A DNA stretch of 64,000 nt from Takakia lepidozioides (GCA_030704615.1 CM060733.1:44020001-44084000), one strand, 5' to 3'; counted from the first letter of the stretch, positions 48,763 to 61,133 are shown. Numbers and translations are program-made. Notes: generated by a model from the sequence alone, not told the origin.

Positions 48763-51632
48763 GTCGATGGACTCCACTGGTGCCTGTGAGCCTTGGTCTG
48801 TCGCTATACTGAACCTCGCACTTGCCAACTTCGTGCGTCTTCGATGGCTCTGAATTCCTATGCTATAGTTTCTGTCCCCCGCAACTTGGGATAGCCTGGA
48901 TCCCAAACGATGGAGGAACTTTGCAGAGTGACTGAAACTTACCTTTGTTCAAATTCACGCTCAAACCGGGCACAGTTTATTTGGAAGAAGAAAAGGAAGG
49001 ATGTCCTGGACAGGTTGACGAGACCATTGTCGTGCTAGGTAACAACGGAGGTTGCGGAATCGAATGGCACGTACCCCCATCAACACCATCCTGTACCGAG
49101 CTGTGGGAATGCCCATTCCCTTTCCGAATCATCGCTGCCCACACCATCCACAAAGGAGTCCGGAAACCGACAGGCGGCCACTGCCAACAAGAGGGTATGC
49201 AACGATAATCATTCCCGACCTGGACCGTCAAGACCCTCCATAGCTTCTCGTGTGGACGTATTCGACATTTCCGACGATGAAGATGAGTGCATTGAGGTCC
49301 CCAATGTCCTCCACAACGGTCGTTCAAATCCGAGATGGACGTCTCTGCAGGTGCTACGCATGTACCCTCGAGCATAAACTCCAACCCGGTCCATTGTGCG
49401 CTCCTACGACAACATCACCCTTCGATGTTTTCTCTCGCTCCGAGCTGGCTGCTCTCGACTATGCCAAATTTCCGGTCAGGAAGGTAACGTATCTGCCTCC
49501 CAAGTTTGATGGCAATGTCATCTTCGAGTTTCCACCTTTACTTCTCCTCAAACAAAGCCTCAGGGATGTTAACAGACATGGATCGAAAGCATGACGACCC
49601 CCTAGTGTGTGACGAAGAACCAGTAGCACGAAAATTGCCTGATGGTGTTCGTGTACGATACGTCCTCTATGCGGGGAAGCTGAGGTGCCTCAATCCCGCC
49701 TGCTTCCACTTTCTTTCCAAAGGAGGGCGGAGAAACGAGACGGATTGGACTGGCACAACGCATCATCCATTCATTGTCTCCAGCCAAGCTCCTGCGGTAC
49801 TTTTTCAAGTGCGCACATTGCAAAGAACCACCGACGTGCATGTCCATGTGCAGAGCCAAGCAATATTACGTTATCCATTTGCTCCCAGACTTGACTAGAG
49901 CTTGCATACACGTTGGGGTCCACTGCCACCCCTTGGCGAGAGGGGCAACATGCGTGAGGCTGTGCAGGAAGCACACGACATCATAAAAGAGGAGGTGAAA
50001 TTGAGCCCCGGAGCCAGACCAAAGCAGATTCAGCTGAAGGCAGCCCACAAGATTGCTCTTGGCAAAATCATGTCTGAAGATAGTTCAGACCGAGTGCCCT
50101 TGAACGAAGAGGAGATGCTTAACCTGTTGGAGTCCGTCTCGCACGTTTTGTAGTCCGAATGTGCGGAATCACATCGTATCTTGCAAGCAGGAGTTTCGGC
50201 CGGGGGTCGGACATGCACTCAATCCTGGAGGTGAAACGAATGACTGTATATGACTACATCCAAGGTAGCAGGTTTCCAGGCAAGGCAGCGAATCCGATCG
50301 TTGTTACATTTTTAAAATGTCGACGTGTGGGCCTGGGAGTGGAGTCGACTTGGTCACTCGCATGACAACTGGAAACTTGTCGAATGCTTGGGTGATGTTT
50401 GATCACATCAAGCGAATTACAAACCATCAGTGGGTGACTATGGGTGCGCATGTTTATGACTATCACTCCAAGAGGCTCATGACGATTGCAATCTGCGAGA
50501 TGAAAGGGGAGGACACACAGTCGGAGATGCATCTGTGGGAGGGCATAAACGAGCAGATGGCAAGGGCGGGATTGGCAGAGCCCAATTTCAGGGGATTCAT
50601 GGCAGACAACGCTCAGGCCAACTGGGCAGCGGTGCGGCGTGTGTACGGTGAGGACCCCAATGTTCCAATGGAGGGGAAAGAGAGATCCTGTGGATTCCAT
50701 TGGATGCAGAGTCTACCCCACTACACTACCAAATTTGTTGCTAGCTCATTCCAGGCTGAACACCGTGTCCTTTGTACGGCGTGGAAGGATGCACCCACAT
50801 TTGATGACGCGGAGGTTAAGTTTGCTATCATCGAGGCTTGGTGGAACACGTCAGTGCAGTGGAGACAACCAATCTGGGAGCCTTGCACAGCTGGTTGGGG
50901 TGGTGGCATTTCCGGTATCGACAGTTCAGACAGTACTGCGGGAGGTATGATGCTGTCATTTTCGTGCAATTGTCTTTCTATTACGGACCTTTCCATTGGT
51001 TCCTCACCATTGTCTGTGTCCTTGTAGGAGCGGTGCTTGGATTCCGACACGGACATGCCGAACACGAATATAGCAGAATCAGTGCACTCCTCCTGGCGAG
51101 CGTCTTCTGCCGCACATTTGGTGGACGTAGTGACGGCCACAACGGAGGACATTGACAGAGCAATCATGCAGCAAGCCACGTACTACAAGTTTCTGAGCGG
51201 GAAACAATGGGGCTTTGGGCCGGACAGGGAGGAATTGTTGGTGCGAACAGCTTCGAGGGCAAAGAATCCACTGAAATGGGCGACAGCATTGCGAGAGAAG
51301 ATCAAAGGACGCCTCTGCAACCGCAGAGGTGAGCACCTAGAGGGGATGTCCGTACTCGCCCTGTGAGGCGGAGGATTGAAGAGGACCCGGGTGCAAAGAG
51401 GATTCCTGGAGATCCGACAGGAACATTCGAACAGCACCTTGAAGGCCCGTCATGTTGCCGCACAATGTGTCTTCCAGCAGTAGAAGCCCTCGCAATTCCA
51501 GATCGCCATTGCCTTCAAGCGGGGATTCCGTGCGAGAAATCCCACCGCTTGCTTGCCCCAGATTCCGCCCCTGTTTATGCAGTATGGCCAAGCCATTGTG
51601 GAGACGACTGTGTCTACGTCACAGTGGAGAAT
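48763..51632 (+). pseudogene. MULE (Mutator) transposase with Zn domain and DDE core, interrupted by an LTR element
   Basis: WVMFDHIKR (D at 50401), FMADNAQAN (D at 50605), CGFHW (CxxH, 50689), TNIAESVH (E at 51076); intron ~50945-51028; several frameshifts. Confidence 0.88.
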
Positions 51633-52660
51633 TGTTAGAGGACAGTCGGGGACTTAGACACTTATACGGGATCTGTAGGGTACCCTTAATTTTTGCACAA
51701 ACAGAGACCAACAGGAGCCTTAGGGATGACAGCAGCGCACTGTAGAGGGGGTTACACAGCCCGTCACAGCCGACACAGCCACACACAGCCGTCACAGTCG
51801 TCACAGCAGACACAGTCGTCACAGCCCACAGCCCGGCACAGCCACACAGCCAGTCACAGCCCGTCACACAGCCGACACAGCCAACACAGCCCACCACAGC
51901 CAACACAACCGTCACAGTCGTCACAGCAGACACAGTCGTCACAGCCAACACAGCCCGGCACAGCCACACAGCCAATCACAGCCCGACACAGCCAAACACA
52001 GTCGCACAGCCAGTCACAGCTTGACACAGCTGTCACGATCATAGGGAACGAAGAGCAGGACAGGGAACGACTGTGGGGAACAACACCTGCGAAGGGAACA
52101 TGTTAGTTCACAGACGACGGTTAGTGAGGGAAACGGTTAGAACCACGGATAGGAAGATAAAGGGAGAAACGGGGAATTGAGGGATATCATTCGGAGGAGG
52201 ACTTCTTGGTCATGGAGGAGAGGGGATCGGGCAGAGATGAAGAACGGAAGTGAAGATAGAGAGATGATGAGTAGATGCTTGATATATGCAAGGCTGTAAT
52301 GATATTGTAGAGCAGATTAGAGACACAATGGCTTCGGCCTGATACCTGATAAATCATAATCGGATACTTTTACGATACAATCACACTGTGTAGAGAGATC
52401 TGAGTGAAGCTGTGGAATGAATGGATGAGTTGATGGAATCCAATAGATTGATAAAGCAAACTGATACTTAATTATCAATGGTAAGATAGCTAACATGAAT
52501 GCCAAAAGGGAAACAAATAGGAAACACCCCCATGATACACTAGCTGTAGGTCATGACTGATTGTTCTGCGCGGGCTGAGTACTTAGAGATTTCCAACTCT
52601 TCTATCTTGGAGTTTCCGCCTCGAATAGCGAAGGGATGGGTGAGTAAAAGCCGCGCGACA
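51633..52660 (+). mobile_element. 5' LTR (~1028 bp) of the non-chromoviral Gypsy element
   Basis: TG...CA termini. Starts exactly where homology to 1-294 breaks, contains CACAGC repeats at 51755-52030, and is followed by the PBS. Confidence 0.82.
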
Positions 52661-53248
52661 TTTGGCGACCATACTGGGGAACTGAGTCATGAACAACCAG
52701 ATGTGACAGGCATCTGGTGGGATCATGGCGGATGGACCATTAAAGAATTTGAAGTGAATCAAATTCCCCTGTGGAACGAAGAAGAAAGATTGTCCAAACA
52801 ATTCTTTCAAAGGTTCTTGGAATTGCCAGACGGTTGTAATGAAAACATTCTTAAGCGAGTGCATGATGCTGATCCGGAATGGGGTCTGGAGAAAGGAGTG
52901 ATAAAGATTTATCAGGTAGCCTGTAGAGGAAGAGCACGTTGGTTACCAACATTGGTTTATGTGATAGCATTGCTATCCATTAAGCGAGTAGAGTTTGAAG
53001 GCTGGGAAGAAAGAAAGGTGAATGTTTATACTCATATGCATGAAGAGCTTGTACTGGTAAAGAATTGGATTCCAAAGGATATCTTGTGGATCAAACTCAC
53101 ACCAAGAACAGCTTTTCAGACTTGTTTGCCATATGGTTATATGGTAACGGAGACTTCAAGTATAGCCAAGGGTGCATTGAAGCTTGAAAGAAACCCAGGC
53201 ATATACGAGAGATATTACAGAAGAGAGTTTTGGTTATTGCCACATTAA
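52553..53248 (+). CDS. ORF0, extra ORF upstream of gag (true start uncertain; the first ATG is inside the LTR)
   Basis: Open in two copies (also 63479-64000 on the minus strand); ends 21 nt before the gag ATG. Confidence 0.6.
   Translation: MTDCSARAEYLEISNSSILEFPPRIAKGWVSKSRATFGDHTGELSHEQPDVTGIWWDHGGWTIKEFEVNQIPLWNEEERLSKQFFQRFLELPDGCNENILKRVHDADPEWGLEKGVIKIYQVACRGRARWLPTLVYVIALLSIKRVEFEGWEERKVNVYTHMHEELVLVKNWIPKDILWIKLTPRTAFQTCLPYGYMVTETSSIAKGALKLERNPGIYERYYRREFWLLPH
52663..52680 (+). promoter_or_regulatory. Primer-binding site, tRNA-Arg-like
   Basis: TGGCGACCATACTGGGGA begins 2 nt after the LTR's CA end; it resembles the complement of plant tRNA-Arg 3' ends. Confidence 0.72.
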
Positions 53249-53322
53249 AAGAAATGAAAGACATGGGACATGAGTGATGAAAGAGAAGCTAGACGCCAGA
53301 GATATTCAGCAAAAAGAGAAAG

Positions 53323-54300
53323 CTATCTGAGTGGTGTACCAATGACTTGTGAATTGTGCAAGTTTTTCCATGCCTCATGGCCCTTAAAGAAAATATCATC
53401 AAGCCCGAATTTCTGTGTTGACAAATTGTTCCAGGCCGCATGAAACCATGAACGAAGTTGGGAGTCATTTTGCATCATCACCTTTGCATCATAGAGGTAC
53501 ATATGAGGTGGCATTGAAGGTAAGACCCAATGATCCCCACTGGAATAACTCAGAAAGCGCGATTGCATCTTCTGCTGCTCAATGTGATAACGTGCCAGAA
53601 AACAAGCAGCATAGTATAACCCGCAGCCCATGACAATACTTGCTACCTCCTTGGTCTTGGTATAAATGTACCCATGTACAACTTGGAAGGCAATTAATTC
53701 CTTCAACATGGTACTTGCCTCATGCCAGTACCTCGCAAAGTGATGATCCTCAATGGGTCGATTGTTCGGAAGAACCTTAGTCCTAGTTGCCACTGGCAGC
53801 CAAATGCGCATGATCTGGTAGTAATATGCCAACGACTGTGGAGGACCAAATTCCTTCCAAGCCAAATCCAACACAATGGGAATTTGGTTGAAGGGCATAA
53901 TCATAGCCTGACTGTACTCCCGTGCAGCATGAGTTTTAGGTGGGTTAAAAGCATCATCCCCCCATACCTCAGGCTGTGGTGGCTGTGGTGCGGCTGTAGT
54001 AACAACAGGGTCAGCTACTATCACAGTGACTTGTTGTGGTCTTGGTGGCACTGGCTCTTGTACCACTGGCATCTCCTGCACCCCTTGCGAAGAAGACTGA
54101 AAAGCCAAAGTTCTGGCATGTAAATAAGAAGCCATCAGCTGCTCCTCAGGTACAAAGACTCTCTTGTCAATATTTGATGTCAGGTCCTCCACCTGAGTCT
54201 GCAGGCCGTCTATATCCTTTTGTAGCTCTGCTATCCTACTATAGACATTGTCTATAGTAGTTGTGGCAATGTTTTGCACTTGCACTCTCAGCTCATTCAT
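53323..54300 (-). CDS. Accessory ORF4 (unknown function, 3'-truncated at the 53330 junction)
   Basis: 325-aa open frame starting 19 nt after the ORF3 stop, with a short N-terminal coiled coil. Confidence 0.65.
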   Translation of the reverse strand: MNELRVQVQNIATTTIDNVYSRIAELQKDIDGLQTQVEDLTSNIDKRVFVPEEQLMASYLHARTLAFQSSSQGVQEMPVVQEPVPPRPQQVTVIVADPVVTTAAPQPPQPEVWGDDAFNPPKTHAAREYSQAMIMPFNQIPIVLDLAWKEFGPPQSLAYYYQIMRIWLPVATRTKVLPNNRPIEDHHFARYWHEASTMLKELIAFQVVHGYIYTKTKEVASIVMGCGLYYAACFLARYHIEQQKMQSRFLSYSSGDHWVLPSMPPHMYLYDAKVMMQNDSQLRSWFHAAWNNLSTQKFGLDDIFFKGHEAWKNLHNSQVIGTPLR

Positions 54301-54318
54301 CTTGCTTTGGGTGAACTT

Positions 54319-56676
54319 TCATGGTGCTTTGCCTTCCACCGGCCCTTGTGCTAACCAGACCCGCATAAGGTGGTTATCCACCAAGTTGCTTGTGGTACCC
54401 CTGAGAGTCTGCTCCTCTGTGAGCCTATTCATATCTATCTGCTGTTGTAAAGCCTCCATGCGCTTCGCATGAGGTTCAACCAAACTCGCATATGCAGCAG
54501 CTAGATTATTGGCTTCCTTCCAAGCCTTGTTAGCCACAGAGAGTTCATTTCTATTGGACATGAGCGTTTGTTGCAATTCCAGGATGTACCTCTCTTGGTC
54601 AGCTTCAACCTGCCTGTATTGCTTGAAAGTATTCTCGTTGCGACAGATTGTATTCTTCATATCAATAATGAGTTTCGTCTGCTCGAGATTATCAGCATGC
54701 GCCTTCATACATCTTTCCGCTTGGTTGTTAACTTCTAATGTAGTTTGCTCAAGCGTAGTTGTGAGTGTAGCACATTGTATGGCCATCCTGTCATGCACTG
54801 TCTGCAACTCCGTATGTAGTGCATTCACTTCTTGCAACTTGCTTCCATGCTTCACCTGCATTTGGTATAGCTGTTGCTTATGTGTTTCGTGCAACTGGTT
54901 TTGCGCGAGGCCTGCCTCAATCAATTGTTCCTTGGCCAATTGCAAAGCAGCTTTTGTACTCTCTAAGTCTTGCTGTATCTTGAGAGTGACCTCCTTATCG
55001 ACCTTGTTTGCACACTCAGTGGCAAGTCGAGCCTCAAACTCCTTCCTGAGTTCCTCCCTCAAAGCTGCCAATTGGGTAGTTGGAACATGGGATTTGACAT
55101 AAGTGCCCAACAAATTAAGTGTCCTGCTTATGGAACTCATAAGCATGGTCTGTTGAAGGTCATCATGGTGAGCTTGCTGCTGTTCTCCCTGATCCTCAAC
55201 GGTGTGATGCCTCACAAACCATTCAGGCCATTGCCCCACCAGATTTTCTTCCTGAACCACTTCATTCGTCACAGGTGCTGCAGTGTCTTGACATTCTACT
55301 TGTGGTACCTCCGTCACAGGTGTGTGTATTATATGCATTGCAGGGTTTCCCCTGGACAACCGCTGCACCTCTGCAATCATTGTTTCCCTGACCAAGCCAG
55401 AATTTTCATAGAGAAGGTCCCCCTTCTCAATTTCTGCCACCACCTGTTCTGTAGTGGGGATATCTAACCCTTCTTTCTCCAAATCAATTATTTGTAGTGG
55501 AACTGCATGGACAACTTGTGGTAACTCTGTGACAAGCCGATCATCTGGCTGTGATGGCTGTGATACTGAAGTAACTTCCTCTTCCCTCTCTGAAGGCCCT
55601 GCTTCCAATAATAGCAGCTCTCTGTGTTGCTGTGCCCCTTCCTGCACAAGAGCTTGGGAAACATTATCATGCGGTTTCCGTGAAGCCAGTGGATCCGCCA
55701 CTACAGTCTTTCCCCGCCTCTGTCTCTTAGACTGGGGTTGCCCTGCCAGTCCACCCTCACTGTGTGAAGAGCCTTGCTCTTCCATTGCAGTGGTTTCGGT
55801 CTCAAACACTCCCATCTCCTTTCTTTCCCGAGCATCAAGTATGCAAGAATCAAGAATTATTTGAGCAATGATTGGGCCAGACACTATGATAGGAGACTTT
55901 GCGGCAGTGCCCTGTAATCTCTTCATCTCCTTTACCAGTGCGTTGTACATTATGTCCGCCCATGCTACCTCTTCTCCTCTCAGGGCTTTGAGTATTTCCT
56001 CTGTGAAGGATCTGCTCAAATACTGTTGGTTCTGTTTCATGGCAAACAGAACGTTCAATACCTGGCCTACCTCTCTTAGCCCTGGGTACACGGCCTTGGT
56101 ACAAGCATAACCCCGAGTTTTAAGGAAACTCCCTTCTTGGAATAAGTCCCCTATTTGCAGTCTTGCCCTGTGCACCTCCACATGCACCTGACCTGATGGC
56201 AATTCAAACAATTGCTGTAGGTATAGGGGAGTAATTTCTAATTCAACTCCCTTCACCGTTGTTGCTCCTGTCCTAGGCTCAAAGTTCTGCAAAAATTGTA
56301 ACATGTACTGCCTATGGTGCAATGTCCAATCTTTGCTTTGCAATCCTTCTAATCGCAGCTCCTTCAGTAACTGTACCGCCTGTGGAGTAGCAATCGTTTG
56401 TTTCTGCAGGATTGTGGTGCTCTTCACCCTGATTTCTTCCATTCCTCTCACTCTCTTCATTCTAGATTCACAGAAAGGTTTTGGCTGTAACAATTGAAGA
56501 AATGCCTGTAGGGCACAAAGCATAAACGTATGGTTGCCACAAAATGCTATGGGTAATTTCTTGTAAGCCTGCGGGGCTTGCAAGCATCGATTAAGAGAAA
56601 AGATACTCTCTGTTCTTCTATCCCCGTGCCACTGCGTAAGTAGTATCGCGAGCGTATAGTCTGTTAGTTCCTCCAT
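54319..56676 (-). CDS. Accessory ORF3: plant-transposon-protein-like N-terminal domain plus long coiled coil
   Basis: 785-aa intact ORF; QFLQNF...VKGVELEITP..LQQLFELPSG...WADIMYNAL...GPIIAQII; Q/E-rich heptads in the C-terminal third. Confidence 0.72.
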   Translation of the reverse strand: MEELTDYTLAILLTQWHGDRRTESIFSLNRCLQAPQAYKKLPIAFCGNHTFMLCALQAFLQLLQPKPFCESRMKRVRGMEEIRVKSTTILQKQTIATPQAVQLLKELRLEGLQSKDWTLHHRQYMLQFLQNFEPRTGATTVKGVELEITPLYLQQLFELPSGQVHVEVHRARLQIGDLFQEGSFLKTRGYACTKAVYPGLREVGQVLNVLFAMKQNQQYLSRSFTEEILKALRGEEVAWADIMYNALVKEMKRLQGTAAKSPIIVSGPIIAQIILDSCILDARERKEMGVFETETTAMEEQGSSHSEGGLAGQPQSKRQRRGKTVVADPLASRKPHDNVSQALVQEGAQQHRELLLLEAGPSEREEEVTSVSQPSQPDDRLVTELPQVVHAVPLQIIDLEKEGLDIPTTEQVVAEIEKGDLLYENSGLVRETMIAEVQRLSRGNPAMHIIHTPVTEVPQVECQDTAAPVTNEVVQEENLVGQWPEWFVRHHTVEDQGEQQQAHHDDLQQTMLMSSISRTLNLLGTYVKSHVPTTQLAALREELRKEFEARLATECANKVDKEVTLKIQQDLESTKAALQLAKEQLIEAGLAQNQLHETHKQQLYQMQVKHGSKLQEVNALHTELQTVHDRMAIQCATLTTTLEQTTLEVNNQAERCMKAHADNLEQTKLIIDMKNTICRNENTFKQYRQVEADQERYILELQQTLMSNRNELSVANKAWKEANNLAAAYASLVEPHAKRMEALQQQIDMNRLTEEQTLRGTTSNLVDNHLMRVWLAQGPVEGKAP

Positions 56677-57164
56677 AGCTTCAAAGCTATAGCATTGATG
56701 GTTTGTCCCTTCGAGACGCCCGTTACTTGGAATGACGCCGACTCTTGCGCTTAAAATCCCTCCAATTTCTTGATCCTGCTTCTAGCTTATGATTGGCTGT
56801 AACTGATGTGACTGGATTTTAGATTTAATTTCTTTCCATGGATTTTCCACTCTGGACTGTCCACTAGGATAGCACATGTGACATGGATTTCGCTTTTCGG
56901 TACTTTTAAAGGGTTCCGTTACCCTTTCCCTGTATGCATTAATGGGCCCATAATAAGTTAATGTGTCGGGTAGGTACTTTGACGGCCAATTTTGTCTTCT
57001 TCCTTGATGACAGTCGCCCTTGCAATCCATGTCCGGCTGTGTGTCTCGCCCTGGCGTCCACGTGTCCATTTCTACACGTGCCTTCGTCCACTTTTCCGCT
57101 GGCCACTCTCCGGATGTTTACCCACGTCCACCTGTCACGGATCCTATGGACTGTTTAACCCCAG

Positions 57165-57493
57165 TAGGCTGTATTGAGCTGTAATAGGCTGTGTCATACT
57201 GTGGTACGCTGTGATAGGCTGTGTTGCACTGTGGTAAGCTGTGATAGGCTGTGACACGCTGTGGTAGGTTGTGATAGGCTGTGTCGCGCCGTGATGGGCT
57301 GTGATAGGCTGTGCCACACTGTGATGGGCTATGATAGGCTGTGCCATACTGTAATGGGCTGTCATAGGCTGTGTTGCGCCGTGATGGGCTATGATAGGCT
57401 GTGTCCCGCCGTGATGGGCTGTGATAGGCTGTGCCACACTGTGATGGGTTGTGATAGGCTGTGCCATACTGTGATGGGCTGTGATAGGCTGTT
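57165..57493. repeat. 30-bp tandem repeat (GTGATGGGCTGTGATAGGCTGTGCCACACT-like) downstream of integrase
   Basis: About 11 units with a strict 30-bp period. Confidence 0.93.
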
Positions 57494-57590
57494 TCGTGCT
57501 TGTCCTGCCCGCCCTGGTAAGTGCTCTATACTCTGTTGGTATCACTGGCGCAGCCCGTGACTGCTTCTACGTTTCAACATGCAAATCATG

Positions 57591-60500
57591 CTACAATGGT
57601 TTGTCATGGATACCACTGTACCCCTTCAACTTATTGGCATTGACTCTTCCCAACATCTCTTTGTTAATGGTTTGTAACATGGCAGTGTTGTTATCATACA
57701 TCTTCTGTATGACATAATGTCCTTTCCATGGTGATTTAAGCTTAGAAGCTTTAATCTTTCCCTTCTTCTGCAACCAGAGAACCAAATCTCCCATCTTAAA
57801 AGTCTTTATCTTGCCTTCATCAAACTGTTCCTTTCTCTTCATCTGAATTCTGGTCATGTTATCAGCTGCATCAGCACGTATTTCTTCCACATGGTATAAT
57901 TCATGTTTCCTAACCTTAATTGAATCTTGCAATTCCATTCTCTTTCCCCATTCCGTTCTCATGGTAGGTAACAGGAATTCCACTGGAAGTAAAGCTTCCA
58001 TACCATAAACTAATTGGAATGGTGTATACTTAGTGGTGACTTTATATGAAGTCCTGTATGACCACAAAGCTGTCAGCAGCTTTGTATCCCAATCCGTTCT
58101 GTTTACATTGACTATCTTAGCCAAGATAGTACATAGTATTTTGTTGGTAGCCTCTGCCTACCCATTACCCTGTGGGTAATATGTTGTACTCTTCCTATGC
58201 ACAATCATGAACTTTTTAGTCAATAATTCAATGGTCTCATTAATGAAGTGATTTCCCTGATCACTGATAAATTCCAAGGGACAACCAAATCGTGTAAGTA
58301 TGTTCTCATATAGGAACCTTGCTATGGACTTGGCTGTGTTGTCCCTCAAAGCTTTAGCTTCCACCCACTTTGTAGTATAATCAGTGGCTGTAATTATGTA
58401 CCTGTTCTGTGTATTCTTGGCTGGTGGGTTAATTGGTCCAACAAAGTCTAGTCCCCATTTCTGAAATGGTTCCGTAGGCATTGTAGGATGCAAAGCCATC
58501 TTCCCAGATCTCTGCAAAGGTCCTAGCCTCTGACATTCATCACAACTCTGACAATACTTGTGTACATCTTTGAACAAAGTAGGCAGTAGTATCTTCCTAC
58601 TGGTAGTCTCTTCTCCAAAATGACCTCCATCCACTCCTTTATGAACTTCCTCCAAAACTTTATTTACTTCATGGTGGTACAAGCATCGCTTCAGCACTCC
58701 ATTTGGTCCTAGCTTATACATTCTGCTCCCTACCATAGTGTAAGGTAGAGCCTTGATAGCAATTCTCTTTCTCTGCTCCTTTCCAACTTGGTGGGCACTG
58801 ACCATGAGCAAGGTAGTATCTGATTGGCCACTGCCAATCTAACCAGTCATCTGCACTTCCCTGCACCTCCACTGCAAATAGACTCACATCTGGTAATTGA
58901 TCATCTACTCCCGTGGCTGGTTCTCCTGTTGATAACCGTGACAAGTGTTCCGCCACAAGATGCAGCCTCCCAGGCTTGTAAACAACCTCGAACTCAAACT
59001 CGTGCAAGATTATCAACCATCTTGCTATTCTTCCGCTTATCAGAGGTTTGTTTACCAAGTATATCAGAGCCTGGTGATCCACATAGAACATAAACTTCTT
59101 GCCCAACAGGTAATGCCTGAATTTCTTCACTGCATAGATCATTGCCAATGCTTCTCTTTCCGTTGTGCTATAATTTCTTTCAGCACTGTTCATCAACCTG
59201 CTAGCATAGTACACAGGTGAATCTATATTTCCTGTAACATTTTGGGCTAACACCGCTCCCAACGCTTCTCCTGAGGCATCACAGTGAACATGAAATACTA
59301 CATGCCAGTGAGGGTTAATCAGCACAGGTGTAGTTGTTACTGACAATGTAAGTTCCTCAAAAGCCTGTTGACATTCAGCTGTCCATGCAAACACTGCATC
59401 TTTCTTCAGAAGCTTGCTCAATGGTGCTGCTATCTGTGCATACCTTTTGACAAATCTTCTGTAATAACTGATTTGTCCCAGGAATCTCCTTAGACTCTTA
59501 GCATTTACTGGGAGTGGAGAGGCTTTAATGGCCTTTGTCTTTCTGGGATCCACAAGAAGTCCCTTCTTGCACACAATGTGTCCCAACAGCACCCCTGAGT
59601 TCACATAGAAAGTACATTTCTCTGGACCCTCCATGAAATCATCCAGATACTCATGAAAAGATTCACTTATCACTCTCTGAAAGGTTCCAAAGGGCATGAC
59701 TTTGTATGCATAAGCACCCCAGTCTGTGATGAAAGCTATCTTTCCCTGGTCTTCTTCTGCCACTTGCACTTGATTATAACCACTGAAGCCATCCATGAAT
59801 GAGTACATCTCATGGCCTGCCACAGTGTCCAATACTGCTTCTGTGAATGGTAAAGGGAAAAGATCTTTCTTCGTACAAGCATTCAGCTTCTTGTAGTTCA
59901 CACAAACTCTTAGTTTCCCATTCTTCTTAGGAACTATCACAATGGGTGACAACCAAGTCGTATACTCTATCGGGTATATAAACTTAGCCTCAGCCAACTT
60001 CTTGATCTCTTCTCCAACCTTCTGTGCATAGTTGGGATTCATTTTGTACCTTGCCTGCTTGATTGGTACTGACCCTGCTTCCAGTTCAATCTTATGCTGA
60101 TAGATTTCAGGTGGTATCCCTTTTAGATTCTCGTAGCTCCAAGCAAATACATCTCTGTATTTGTTGAACAAACTCTTAGCTTCTTCAAAGAATTCTGGCT
60201 CCAAATCAGCTCCTACCTTCACCATCCTTGGTTCCTCTTCAGTTCCCACATTCACTTCCCTCACTTGCTCATCAGCTGTGATTGTCCAACCAGTCACCAC
60301 TTCATCCTGTAAACTCACAGTGGCTGGTTCCTCTAGGATTTCCATTTCTCCTTCTCTTTCTTCATAGAAATGTGATGGGTAACTGCTGGTTTCCTCTTCA
60401 ATTGGTGTTGATGACACTACACCACAGCAGATACCTCTTAAACAACTTAGGCCTTCCAGCCGCATCTCTGCAACCTGCTCCCACTCTGGGTGTGCAGCGA

Positions 60501-61133
60501 ACAGGGTAGCTTCCTTCTCCTCATCCAGTCCTCCCCTCCAGTCATACTCTCTGACCCCTCGAGGTCTTCTCGTAGCAGGTAATCTACTAGATTTCTTAGT
60601 GGTAATTGGTATCTTGTCACAGTTAGTAACTGAGAATTCCAGTCATGGAATACCCTGGCCTGTTTCAGCCACGGACGTCCCAATAATAAGGAGTAAGCCT
60701 CCATGACTTCATCCATTTTCAACACAGTTACTGTGATCATAAAGATCATCTTGTGTATCTGTATCTTAACTCCTCTTATCAATCCCAATGGCTGTACACT
60801 TCTTTGATCTGCCATTGTTACTGTAAATGGGGCTGGTTTCATGTTACTTAGATCAAGCTTCTTCCTTAATTGGTCTGTCATGATATTTACTCCAGAGCCT
60901 CCATCTATCAGTACATCAGTTAGTTCTGTGCTTCCAATTCTCAATTTGATTACTGGCATAGAATCATCAAAGTCCATGACTGTTTCTCGCCCTTCCGGCT
61001 TCACATTATAACTGGTCACCTTGCTGTTCAGGTCTGTGTTTCCTGTCTCTTGGGCAATTCGATTGATTGCTTGATACAGCCTGTGTCTACAACCAATAGC
61101 TGTCCAATGATAATCTCTGCTTTGGTCTGGCAT
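57591..61133 (-). pseudogene. pol: pol: protease, RT (catalytic segment deleted), RNase H, integrase
   Basis: VLIDGGSGVNIM; FPLPF...FMDGFSGYNQ; HCDASGEALGAVL; GGHFG...CDECQR; KWGLDFVGP; ISDQG. Frameshifts and a premature stop are present. Confidence 0.93.

Noticed and set aside
54319-56676. Retroviral env gene or host SMC/myosin gene
   Set aside because: No signal peptide or transmembrane helix and no ATPase motifs; it is intronless and embedded in the retroelement.
57144-57560. Repetitive proteins (AQPITAHH / MGCDRLC)
   Set aside because: Frame read-through of a 30-bp tandem repeat.
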